Notes: generated by a model not told the origin, from the letters alone. Numbered from the stretch's first letter, positions 18,950 through 27,765 are shown. The stretch: DNA of 32,000 bases from Trichodesmium erythraeum IMS101 (GCF_000014265.1 NC_008312.1:5010001-5042000); one strand, 5' to 3'. Numbers and translations: made by a program.

Positions 18950-20623
18950 TTACAATGAAATTGTTTTTGTCCATATAACTGATTTATTTCCTAATTGTCT
19001 CCCATGAATTTTGACATTTTTGAGATATTTTGATTGTAAACTAGCAATTTTTTGCTCTACTAGTGGAGTGACAATTTCTGGATTAGGAACCTGTTCTGAT
19101 TCTAAAACAATATGTATATAATCATTTTTCCTACCAGCTATGGCTGTGATACCTTTTTGCTCAAGTAATTGATTAATTATCATAGCCATTGCCTTAGGAT
19201 TTCCTTGAGTTGCTAATTCAATAATTTTTTGTTGATTTTCATCATAAATTTTTGTTTGTTTATATGATTTTTGACTAATAGTATTAGCTGAATTATTGAG
19301 ATTAAGTTTTTTCCTTTCTTCTTTTTCCAATTCCTTGAGAATTTCTTGATATTTTGTATATTTTTCCTGTATATTACTAATCAAATTCCCTAAGGCTGTA
19401 TATTTTAATAATAAACGTTTTTTTTCTGTTTCACCTTGTAAAAAATGATTTAAAGTTTTTTCTAAGGAAATAAATTCCGCTTCTATAGCATCCATTACAA
19501 CATCTACTTTTTTATTGACAATAGTAGATATTTTATCTTCTATCCTGAGTTTTTGTTTGATAGAATCTAAGATATTGTTTCCTCCTATAGCAGGTTTTTG
19601 TTCTTGGGAAATAGGAACTATTTTTTGATTATAAATTAAAGAGTTTTCAAGAGTTTTTTCCTCTGCTTTATTTGTGGTTTCATCAATAATTTTATCTTTG
19701 TAGGCATTAGTTTTTTCAGAGTAAATTATAGAATATTCTTCTGGGGTAAAGCTAATTTTATCTGTAGAGTTTATAGCTGGCAAATTTGTTAGATTTAGCA
19801 GAGTCATATCGTCTTTATCAAAATAACTATTATCCTCCATATTAATTTTTTTTGTATCTAATATTGATGTTTCAAATTTTTCAGCTTCTGCTTGACTTTG
19901 AGGAACTATAATTTCATCTGAATAGCAAAGGTTTAAAGCCTTAATAACTATATCGGCTACTTGGGTATATTCATCTGGGTCTTCAAAATTATTAGCAGTA
20001 GCATATAAAGAAGACTCTAAATCTGTTATAGATAAGCATAAATTAAATATTTGTCTAAGTAAACTATCTAAGTTTTTTGTTCTCAACAATAACCAATCCT
20101 TATTACCAAAATCAAATTGATGTTGTACAGCCGAAAAAATCAGAATTTTTGCCTTTAATGGATTAGTACCCTGCATAATTTTTTCTCGCACATCAAATAA
20201 TTCTCCAGGATCTCTTGGGTATGATTCTTCTACTACTAATTTATTTGTTAAAACGATTTGGTCATCTAAAACAGTAAGACTCCTGTTAGGAATATATTCC
20301 ATAACAGTCGTCTCTTCTTCTTGAGGATATAATTTACCTATACTGTTAATAATTTTTTGTGCTAACAAACTATATTCTGTTTTTTTATTAACTTTAGAAA
20401 CTATCTCACACAATCGAGCATTTAATGAATCTATATTTTCTATTTGATTGTATAACTTTTCTATTAACTTCTTCATATTAACTCTTTCTAACTTGGTTTC
20501 ATTATCCTCCCATACGTTGTCACAAGCCCAATAAATTACTTTCTTTATCCTCATTAAATCTACATCTTTTTCTAATTCTTTAACTATTGTATCTATGAGT
20601 GAAAATGATTCCATAGTTGCCAT
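18950..20623 (-). CDS. Hypothetical protein, 557 aa. Very AT-rich, with an N/K/E/I-rich central region and better-ordered N- and C-terminal modules.
   Basis: It is the only long ORF in a 5.7 kb low-coding block. It is not low-complexity throughout: the N-terminus reads ...RIKKVIYWACDNVWEDNETKLERVNMKKLIEKLYNQ... and the C-terminus reads ...IIELATQGNPKAMAMIINQLLEQKGITAIAGRKNDYIHIVLESEQVPNPEIVTPLVEQKIASLQSKYLKNVKIHGRQLGNKSVIWTKTISL. I recognise no catalytic motif. Confidence 0.75.
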   Translation of the reverse strand: MATMESFSLIDTIVKELEKDVDLMRIKKVIYWACDNVWEDNETKLERVNMKKLIEKLYNQIENIDSLNARLCEIVSKVNKKTEYSLLAQKIINSIGKLYPQEEETTVMEYIPNRSLTVLDDQIVLTNKLVVEESYPRDPGELFDVREKIMQGTNPLKAKILIFSAVQHQFDFGNKDWLLLRTKNLDSLLRQIFNLCLSITDLESSLYATANNFEDPDEYTQVADIVIKALNLCYSDEIIVPQSQAEAEKFETSILDTKKINMEDNSYFDKDDMTLLNLTNLPAINSTDKISFTPEEYSIIYSEKTNAYKDKIIDETTNKAEEKTLENSLIYNQKIVPISQEQKPAIGGNNILDSIKQKLRIEDKISTIVNKKVDVVMDAIEAEFISLEKTLNHFLQGETEKKRLLLKYTALGNLISNIQEKYTKYQEILKELEKEERKKLNLNNSANTISQKSYKQTKIYDENQQKIIELATQGNPKAMAMIINQLLEQKGITAIAGRKNDYIHIVLESEQVPNPEIVTPLVEQKIASLQSKYLKNVKIHGRQLGNKSVIWTKTISL

Positions 20624-20805
20624 AATTTTTTATTCCTGAAGAATCGTTCAAATATTTTACTAATTTTTATAATTCTTGAAATCTTCAATAAATTTGCTGA
20701 TAATTATCAGTTTTATCCAAAAATATTACTGTAATTGCTATCTTTGATTTGCTTCTGATTATAAAACAGAATAAGGCTATTATATAATGATATAATTATT
20801 TAGAT

Positions 20806-20818
20806 AGCATTCAGCTAT
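20806..20818 (+). repeat. AGCATTCAGCTAT short dispersed repeat copy
   Basis: agcattcagctat lies here. Its reverse complement atagctgaatgct is at 27905-27917. Related copies are agcattccgctatcagcagcc at 27649-27669 and agctgatctgtgactactcaatgctta at 20884-20910 (compare gctgatctctgaatgctta at 27915-27933). Confidence 0.7.
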
Positions 20819-20997
20819 TAACCATCCCGCTGCCCTTAAGGACAGAGGTTTAAATGAATACATATTTTAAGATCAAAAGCAATAGCTGATCTGTGACTAC
20901 TCAATGCTTAGTAAGTCGCTTTGCCAAAGTCAAAATTCATTAACTTCACAATAATAACTGTAATAACTGTAAATAATCTTGTCAAAAACGCTTTGAT

Positions 20998-22506
20998 ATG
21001 GTAAGAACAAAAGATGTGATTGTAATTGGTAGTGGTATTGGAGGCCTCGTTGCTGGAGCAATGCTCGCCTACTATGACAAAAAGGTAGTAATTTGTGAAA
21101 GCCATAGTATTCCTGGGGGAGCCGCTCACTCTTTCTCTCGTCAAGGTTTTCATTTTGATTCGGGCCCATCTTTTTATTGTGGGTTAGCTGACCCTAATAG
21201 TCTTAATCCTTTACAAAAAGTTTTCAACATTTTGGGCGAATCAATTGAAACATGTGTCTATGATCCTCTTGGACATTACCATTTTCCAGAAGGCAGTTTG
21301 CCTGTCTATGCTGGTGGGACATCTTATTTAGAAGCAGTTGCTAAGTTCACCACTCAAGGTGCTAAAGAATTAAAACTTTTTCAAGATAATCTTTTACAAC
21401 TGTATGCTGGTCTTAAAGGAATTCCCCCTATAGTTTTAAGGGCTGATTTTTGGTTAATACCGATTTTATTAGGAAAATATGGATTATCCCTACTAAAAAT
21501 GTTGCCTTCCCTGGGAGAGGTAGGAGGTTCTGTTGGACAAATCATGGATAAGTGGGTAAAAGACCCTTGGGTGCGTCGTTTAATAGACTTGGAATGTTTT
21601 CTATTGTCTGGGTTGAAGGCTAATGGTACTGTTGCCCCAGAAGTAGCATTTATGTTCGGAGAACGTTCTAACTCCGTGATTGAATATCCTATTGGTGGTA
21701 GTAGTGCAATAGTTAATGCCTTAGTTAGAGGTTTGGAGCGTTGGGGTGGTCAATTACGTTTGAATGCTCATGTAGAACAAATCTTAATAGAGTCTGGTCA
21801 AGTTGTGGGGGTTCGCTTGAGAGGAGATGAGGTTATCAAAGCTCCTATTGTTATTTCTAATGCTACTATTTGGGACACCTATACTCAGTTATTAAGACCT
21901 GAAGATTTACCCACTTCTTTACATAAAGAAGCTTTGGGGACTCCTGCGGTAGAAAGTTTTATGCACTTACACTTAGGTATTCGTTCTGATGGTTTAGAAG
22001 GTTTGACTGGACATCATGTGGTTGTTCTCAATGGAGATATTGATATTTCTGTTCCTGGCAATACTTGCATGATTTCTATTCCTTCGGTTTGGGATCCTAC
22101 TTTAGCTCCTTCTGGTCATCATGTTATCCATGCTTATACTTTGGAATCTTTTTCTGGTTGGCAAAAAGATGAATCTTATTCCCAACGGAAACGGGAAAAA
22201 GCAGAATCTTTGTTTTTAGCTTTGGAAAGAATAATTCCTGATATTCGCCAACGTATAACTCTGGAGTTAATTGGTACTCCCCTGACTCATGCTCGCTTTT
22301 TGCGTCGTTATCAGGGTACTTATGGACCTGCTATTGTTGCTGGCAAGGGTAGTTTCCCTGGACCTCAAACTCCTATCCCTGGTTTGTATCGGGTGGGAGA
22401 TAGTACAATGCCTGGTATTGGTGTACCGGCAGTTGCTGCTTCTGGAGTTATTTGTGCGAATACTTTGGCTTCTCTTAACTATTTGAAACTTCTGAGGCAA
22501 CTCTAA
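20998..22506 (+). CDS. FAD-dependent oxidoreductase of the phytoene-desaturase / carotenoid-isomerase (CrtISO-like) family
   Basis: The N-terminal dinucleotide-binding motif is DVIVIGSGIGGLVAGAML, followed by ...ESHSIPGGAAHSF..GF.FDSGPS. Length is 502 aa. The C-terminal GDSTMPGIGVPAVAASG block is typical of the family. Substrate cannot be assigned. Confidence 0.88.
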   Translation: MVRTKDVIVIGSGIGGLVAGAMLAYYDKKVVICESHSIPGGAAHSFSRQGFHFDSGPSFYCGLADPNSLNPLQKVFNILGESIETCVYDPLGHYHFPEGSLPVYAGGTSYLEAVAKFTTQGAKELKLFQDNLLQLYAGLKGIPPIVLRADFWLIPILLGKYGLSLLKMLPSLGEVGGSVGQIMDKWVKDPWVRRLIDLECFLLSGLKANGTVAPEVAFMFGERSNSVIEYPIGGSSAIVNALVRGLERWGGQLRLNAHVEQILIESGQVVGVRLRGDEVIKAPIVISNATIWDTYTQLLRPEDLPTSLHKEALGTPAVESFMHLHLGIRSDGLEGLTGHHVVVLNGDIDISVPGNTCMISIPSVWDPTLAPSGHHVIHAYTLESFSGWQKDESYSQRKREKAESLFLALERIIPDIRQRITLELIGTPLTHARFLRRYQGTYGPAIVAGKGSFPGPQTPIPGLYRVGDSTMPGIGVPAVAASGVICANTLASLNYLKLLRQL

Positions 22507-22530
22507 TATAGAATCCAGTTTTATATAATA
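22504..22530 (+). repeat. Dispersed repeat taatatagaatccagtt(t)tatataata, copy 1
   Basis: The 17-mer taatatagaatccagtt (22504-22520) is identical to 30803-30819. Both are followed by (t)atataata. Confidence 0.85.
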
Positions 22531-22563
22531 GAGTTGTTTAGTCTAGGAAAAAATTAAAATTCC

Positions 22564-22592
22564 CAAAAGCTTTCTATAAGCTTTTGATGATT
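22564..22592 (+). terminator. Rho-independent terminator candidate downstream of the CrtISO-like gene
   Basis: caaaagctt (22564-22572), loop tctat, then aagcttttg (22578-22586): a 9-bp perfect stem. It is followed by atgatttt. Confidence 0.45.
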
Positions 22593-23056
22593 TTACTATA
22601 TCTAAAAAAAACACACTTAAACCTAAACCGACAAGGATTTTAGCTATTTTTTTTCCTTAATTCCCAACAACTCTAATAAGAGACCTCTTCAGAAACTAAG
22701 ATTTAACAAACTTTTTACAGTGGTTTTAGTTGAATTATCTTAGAAATTTAATATATATTTATATTCTATATATTATATTATGTGCAATTAACCGGATTTG
22801 ATATTACTTCCCAAAAACTCCATTTAAAAAACTAGCTTACTAATTGCTGTTACTAAACCTCACCAACTACGGAAAACACTATATGTAGTAGGAGTAAAAG
22901 CTTTAAAATCCACCAATACTGTATAACTTCATTTTTTGTTTAAGTACTCAATTTATTAAACTTTTTTGTAGCTTGATGACCTCAAGTCACAGCAAGAAAG
23001 TATATACTTAAGCGCCTACTTATGACTTCTCACTTATACTATAACTCTCCAAGTAG

Positions 23057-24139
23057 TTGTACAATAGCAATAAAAAAGGAAATATCGTGAGATTAATCAT
23101 CATATTTTTATTATATTTTTTCCTAGTTGGACAAAATTCAGCTTTCGCCGTCTACAAAGTTGATGGAGAATTTATAGTGAATAGTTGTCAAGCTTACACA
23201 AGTATCAAAAAGAAAAGCGAACCTGTCACTCTTGAGCCAGGAAAAGTGTACCAAGTATTAGGACAAAATAAAAAATCTGGAGATTATTTTTCTATAAAAG
23301 TAGGTAAACAAAATAAATGGATCAACAAAAACTGTGGTGAATTTAATCCTAGTGGGCAAAGAGCCTATTATGAAAGTAGAAAGTTTGGTGAATTTAATCC
23401 TAGTGGGCAAAGAGCCTATGAAAGTAAAAGTAGCTATAAAAGTGAAAGTAGCTATGAAAAAAGAAGCCTAACAGAAAAAAACAAGACTATAGCAAATTGC
23501 CCTGCTCAAGGTTGTGCAAGGAAGTATGTACTTGCTATTAGCTGGCAACCCAGTTTTTGTCAGACAAGGCAATACATCCCTGAATGTATTTCCCAAACGA
23601 CAGATCGTTACGATGCAAATAACTTTACTTTACATGGTTTGTGGCCTGACAAACTTACCTATTGTGGAGTGTCTAATCAAGATATAAACAATGATAAGCA
23701 GAGAGAGTGGGATGATTTACCACGTCTAAATTTGGATCAAGAGACTACCTCTGAATTAGCAATAGTGATGCCTGGTGTGCAGTCTTATTTACATCGCCAC
23801 GAATGGACTAAACATGGTACTTGCGATGGTCGAGATGAGGATACTTACTACGATGTTTCTATAGATTTATTGAATGAAGTTAATGCTTCGGAAGTACAAG
23901 ACTTGTTCACAGAAAATATTGGTAAAAGAATTACTCAGTCTCAAATTGAAACAGCTTTTGACAATTCTTTTGGAAAAGGGGCAGGTCAAAGTGTCAAGAT
24001 TAAATGTAACGGTGGGTTAATAAGTGAACTGCAAATTAAAATGCGAAGACCTCTAGTAGGGGAAAAATTAAGGGATGTTTTGATACCGACAAGTGGAAGT
24101 TCTTGCAGTAGTGGCATTGTTGATCCTGTAGGTTTTTGA
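23057..24139 (+). CDS. Secreted ribonuclease T2 family protein with an N-terminal extension (SH3-like segment plus duplicated linker)
   Basis: CAS I motif FTLHGLWPD and CAS II motif LHRHEWTKHGTC are both present. A signal peptide (...RLIIIFLLYFFLVGQNSAFA) is present. The track start is TTG at 23057. The in-frame GTG at 23087, preceded by aaaggaaatatc, is the more likely start. Confidence 0.9.
   Translation: MYNSNKKGNIVRLIIIFLLYFFLVGQNSAFAVYKVDGEFIVNSCQAYTSIKKKSEPVTLEPGKVYQVLGQNKKSGDYFSIKVGKQNKWINKNCGEFNPSGQRAYYESRKFGEFNPSGQRAYESKSSYKSESSYEKRSLTEKNKTIANCPAQGCARKYVLAISWQPSFCQTRQYIPECISQTTDRYDANNFTLHGLWPDKLTYCGVSNQDINNDKQREWDDLPRLNLDQETTSELAIVMPGVQSYLHRHEWTKHGTCDGRDEDTYYDVSIDLLNEVNASEVQDLFTENIGKRITQSQIETAFDNSFGKGAGQSVKIKCNGGLISELQIKMRRPLVGEKLRDVLIPTSGSSCSSGIVDPVGF
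23336..23419 (+). repeat. In-frame 51-bp tandem duplication with a perfect 33-bp core inside the RNase T2 gene
   Basis: ggtgaatttaatcctagtgggcaaagagcctat at 23336-23368 is identical to 23387-23419. At protein level GEFNPSGQRAY occurs twice, followed by SSYKSESSYEK. Confidence 0.92.
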
Positions 24140-24531
24140 TTGACACACACCAAACCTAGAGACCCAGACTGATTTCTAGTTGCAACAGTCAATATATTTA
24201 TAAATACTCCTAATAGTTATATTTTCCTTTAATTATTAGTAGTGGTTTCCCCTACTCACCTATTTTTCCTCCAAGGTCGGGGTTAGGGATAGATTATCCT
24301 GAGAGGGTGAGAGATGGGTCTCCTGCTAGAGTCGGAAATGTATAGCAACGGACATATCAGTTAGGACATCGTATTTTGATTTAAAGGTAACAGGAAAAAG
24401 GCAACTGGCAACAAGAAAGTGTTCTAATAGTTGTGGCGACTGCTATATAAATTTTTTTGATAAATAATATAACTTTTGTGTATCTTGCTATAGAGCATAA
24501 GTGTCTTAACCTTTTAATCAGCCTCCTATAT

Positions 24532-24575
24532 AAACCTGATTAGGTATTATCAGAAATCAGGTTTCTGTCCTCCTT
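24532..24575 (+). promoter_or_regulatory. Leader hairpin with alternative pairing and a T-rich tail immediately upstream of the SDR gene start
   Basis: aaacctgatt (24532-24541) is the reverse complement of aatcaggttt (24555-24564). The loop contains atcag (24549-24553), which could instead pair with ctgat (24536-24540). It is followed by ctgtcctccttttt, then ATG at 24577/24589. Confidence 0.3.
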
Positions 24576-24576
24576 T

Positions 24577-25557
24577 TTGTATTTTATAATGAAAGCTTTT
24601 GTTACTGGTGCCAGTGGTTTTATTGGGGCGAATTTAGTGCGGTTGTTATTACAGCAGGGTTATGCTGTGCGATCGCTAGTTCGCCCTACAAGTCGTCTTG
24701 ATAATCTTCAGGGTTTAGATATAGAAGTTGTAGTGGGAGACTTAAATGACTCCTACTTGTTTGAGTTGATAGAGGGATGTCAGGTTTTATTCCATGTAGC
24801 TGCTCATTATTCTTTGTGGCAAAAAGATAAAGAGTTACTTTATAAAAATAATGTTTTGGGTACACGCAATGTTTTGGCCGCAGCACGACGGGCAAAAATT
24901 GAGCGGACAGTTTATACAAGTTCTGTTGCTGCTATTGGTGTGGGAGTTTCTAGTACAGTCGTTGATGAAACTTATCAGTCTCCACTAAAGAAGTTGGTGG
25001 GAGATTATAAAAAGTCTAAGTTTTTGGCAGAACAAGAGGCGATGAGAGCAGTTACTCTTGGTCAAGATGTGGTAATTGTTAATCCTACAGCTCCTGTTGG
25101 TGCTTGGGATATTAAACCAACTCCGACGGGTGATATTATTGTTCGCTTTTTACGTCGGCAAATGCCTGTTTATGTGGATACTGGTTTAAATATTATAGAT
25201 GTTCGAGACGTGGCATGGGGACATTTATTAGCTTTGGAAAGAGGGAAAAGTGGCGATCGCTATATTTTAGGTAATCAGAATTTGACTCTGAAGGAATTAC
25301 TTGATTTATTGCAGGAAGTTACAGGTTTACCTGCTCCAAGACAAACTATTCCTATATGGTTACCTTTAACTATCGCGTGGGTTGATGAAAAAATTCTTGC
25401 ACCTTTGGGAAAACAACCTTCTATTCCCTTAGATGGCGTGCGGATGTCTCAAAAAAAGATGTATTATGATGCTTCTAAGGCAATAAAAAAATTGGGTTTG
25501 CCCCAGTCTTCAATTAGAGTTGCTCTTGAGAATGCTATTAATTGGTTTGACATTTAA
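24577..25557 (+). CDS. NAD(P)-dependent extended SDR (epimerase/dehydratase; dihydroflavonol-reductase / HpnA-like)
   Basis: Contains VTGASGFIGANLVRLL (Rossmann GxxGxxG) and the catalytic YKKSK (YxxxK). Length is about 322 aa. The true start is probably ATG 24589 (MKAFVTGASG) rather than 24577. Confidence 0.9.
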   Translation: MYFIMKAFVTGASGFIGANLVRLLLQQGYAVRSLVRPTSRLDNLQGLDIEVVVGDLNDSYLFELIEGCQVLFHVAAHYSLWQKDKELLYKNNVLGTRNVLAAARRAKIERTVYTSSVAAIGVGVSSTVVDETYQSPLKKLVGDYKKSKFLAEQEAMRAVTLGQDVVIVNPTAPVGAWDIKPTPTGDIIVRFLRRQMPVYVDTGLNIIDVRDVAWGHLLALERGKSGDRYILGNQNLTLKELLDLLQEVTGLPAPRQTIPIWLPLTIAWVDEKILAPLGKQPSIPLDGVRMSQKKMYYDASKAIKKLGLPQSSIRVALENAINWFDI

Positions 25558-25763
25558 TCATGCTTGGATCATTAATTTAATTACCCAAAAAATTATCCTA
25601 CACCATGTAGCGTTTCTCATCTCAAATTTCATGAATTAGCCATAATAAACAAACTACCTTCAGCCATCTAAAGATGAATTCTGCTCTCAGCCTACAAAAT
25701 TTATTTCTTGACCAACGAAAAAAAAAATCGCCAAGGATGAAATTCTGGTCTAATAGCTTATAT

Positions 25764-25785
25764 CATGTCCGGTTGAATACTTAGG
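25764..25785 (-). repeat. Dispersed 14-mer family copy (reverse orientation; cctaagtattcaaccggacatg on the minus strand)
   Basis: The plus strand reads catgtccggttgaatacttagg. The reverse complement contains the exact taagtattcaaccg plus the gacat extension shared with the 13657 copy. Confidence 0.9.
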
Positions 25786-26533
25786 ATGTGTTGAAAAAAA
25801 TTAAAAACTTACACCGTAAGAATTTAAGGCAGCTTCAACCAGAAATAATATCCTAAAGTTAGCTAAAATACACCAAAAATCAAAGATATATTTGCAGCAA
25901 CAATGTACAAAAAAATGGGCCAATCTAGAGCGATACCTGAAAATTTTGAATAGCCATCAAATTGTCAACTATTCCCAAACAATTGCTGGATAACAATGGC
26001 AAGTTGAATTCCTTGGTCGGAATGTGAAGAGGAATATGGAAATTTATTCTCAGCAGAAAGAGGGGCGCCAGCCTGATATTTTAGGATGGCATTGGGGGCA
26101 TCAATTATCAAAGAAAAATTAAGTACAACAGTGAAACTGAGAGAGGATAAAGCTTTGCCCCTGCAAAACATCAACCTACATCGGAGGTTTTGCTCTATAG
26201 AATTAACCCCCCCGATGCCTAACAGTCCAGAAGGATATCAATCTATTATTTTATTTTTGTAATCTTTATTATATCGTAGTTAATCAAGGAAATTTGGGAT
26301 CAAAAATTATTGGAGGTAGAATCACTTATGTAGAAAGTGAACTCCAGGAGCTTCCTAAACCGGAGATACTGAATTGGAGTTACTGTGTGCTCCCTAAGAT
26401 TGTCAGAAGGCTAATATATTTCGCGTCAGGCTCCATCTCTCCTGCCTCCTGCCTGACTTGAGTATAGCCTTTCTTTGCTCAACTTCCCCCCTTGGATAAA
26501 TAAGGGGAGATGGTTGACTTTTAAATTTAAATA

Positions 26534-27580
26534 CTAATTCGCACTTATAACGCCTGCAACTAAAGGCTCTGGCTGTAATAAGCCTGTTAATATTTCTTCT
26601 GGTCGTTGACCATAAGGCCAAGCAAAAGCATGACGAAAAGCTGCTTTTTGACAAGCTTGCAATTGTTCAAAATTAATTACATCAAATGTTAATAAATTCT
26701 CATATTCAAATGGCAAACGTACATTATGTAAACCAGCATTATCTGTACAAATAGCAATATCTACCCCAGCATCAAAACATTTGTCAAATACTGTTTTCAA
26801 TTGACTAATATTATCCATAGTACCTGTTTTGAAATATGTAGTTGGACAAACTTCTAAACATTGCCCTCTGTTTGCTATTTCCTTTAATAAATTTGGATAT
26901 TTTAAAGGGATTTGAACTCCATGACCAATTCGCATTAAATAAGGTAGTAATTCTGGATGACAACCATTAGAAGTTTCATAAAGATGTCCGGTAGTTTTTA
27001 CTCCCTGTTCACGAGCATATCTATACAGTTTAATAAATTCATCTATATTTTCTTTGTAGTTATTATCTCCTCCTGCTACATCTATAGCACAAACATATTC
27101 TGGATTTTTCACTGCTAAATCAACAATTGCTTGATTTACTTCATTAGGCAAACGAGTATGCATACATAAAATTTGACTAGTAATAATTGGATACTCATTT
27201 TGTTGAGTTGCTTTCCCTACAACTGTAACTATTTCTGACATTAAATCTATACGTTGAGACTGTGGTAAATTATTTGGAGTTCTTAAATAAGGTGTATAAC
27301 GTAGCTCTAAATAAGCTAGATTTTCAAATGTATAAGCACCGCGAATTAAGCGATAAATAAAGTATGGTAATGTCTCAAGAGTTTGAACATTTTCTACTAA
27401 AGTATGTAGCTCTAAATATTCATCTAATGTTTTCCGTGGTTGAGTATAAAATTCTTCAAATTGTTCATATTCAGGAAAACGATTTGCTAGTTCTTGATTT
27501 TGACGTTGGAAATATCTCCATAAAACTCTAGGAACTACAGAGCCTCCTAAATGTCTATGTAATTCTGCGTGTAAAGCCAT
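26534..27580 (-). CDS. Adenosine/AMP-deaminase-family amidohydrolase (divergent)
   Basis: The N-terminal metal motif is ELHRHLGGS (HxH). Internal ...TTGHLYE... and the C-terminal ...AICTDNAG... block align by eye with ADA motifs (canonical HVHLDG and NTDDP). Length is 348 aa. Confidence 0.85.
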   Translation of the reverse strand: MALHAELHRHLGGSVVPRVLWRYFQRQNQELANRFPEYEQFEEFYTQPRKTLDEYLELHTLVENVQTLETLPYFIYRLIRGAYTFENLAYLELRYTPYLRTPNNLPQSQRIDLMSEIVTVVGKATQQNEYPIITSQILCMHTRLPNEVNQAIVDLAVKNPEYVCAIDVAGGDNNYKENIDEFIKLYRYAREQGVKTTGHLYETSNGCHPELLPYLMRIGHGVQIPLKYPNLLKEIANRGQCLEVCPTTYFKTGTMDNISQLKTVFDKCFDAGVDIAICTDNAGLHNVRLPFEYENLLTFDVINFEQLQACQKAAFRHAFAWPYGQRPEEILTGLLQPEPLVAGVISAN

Positions 27581-27688
27581 AGAAATTTATTAATTTATCC
27601 TTAGTATTTATTTATCTAACAAAAAGATTATAGACATATCATATAGTAAGCATTCCGCTATCAGCAGCCAGGTCTCAGGTTTTGAGTT

Positions 27689-27765
27689 TATAAACTACTT
27701 ATAAATTACTTATAAACTACTTATAAACTACTTATAAACTACTTCTGAACTACTTATAAACTACT
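27689..27765. repeat. 11-bp tandem repeat, 7 units (tataaactact), about 110 bp upstream of the deaminase-family gene
   Basis: Units run from 27689 to 27765. Unit 2 is tataaattact and unit 6 is tctgaactact. The other five are identical. Confidence 0.95.

Noticed and set aside
20908-21169. Two minus-strand ORFs (81 and 79 aa) overlapping the start of the CrtISO-like gene
   Set aside because: They are antisense to a gene with a clear FAD-binding motif and have no features of their own.
22267-22500. ORFs 22267-22500 (-) and 22289-22486 (+, off-frame) at the 3' end of the CrtISO-like gene
   Set aside because: These are shadow ORFs within a well-supported CDS.
24299-24305. ctgagag string resembling the TPP-riboswitch CUGAGA core
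   Set aside because: The partner elements (an ACCUGAUCUGGAUAAUGCCAGCG-like pyrophosphate-sensor helix) are absent in the right positions. The downstream gene is an SDR, not a thiamine gene.
23986-24919. Minus-strand ORFs 23986-24192 and 24686-24919
   Set aside because: They are antisense to the RNase T2 and SDR genes respectively.
25965-26654. Minus-strand ORFs 25965-26174 (69 aa) and 26403-26654 (83 aa)
   Set aside because: The second overlaps the 3' end of the deaminase-family gene out of frame. The first lies in the possible gene-relic patch, has no recognisable family, and is treated under findings rather than called as a gene.
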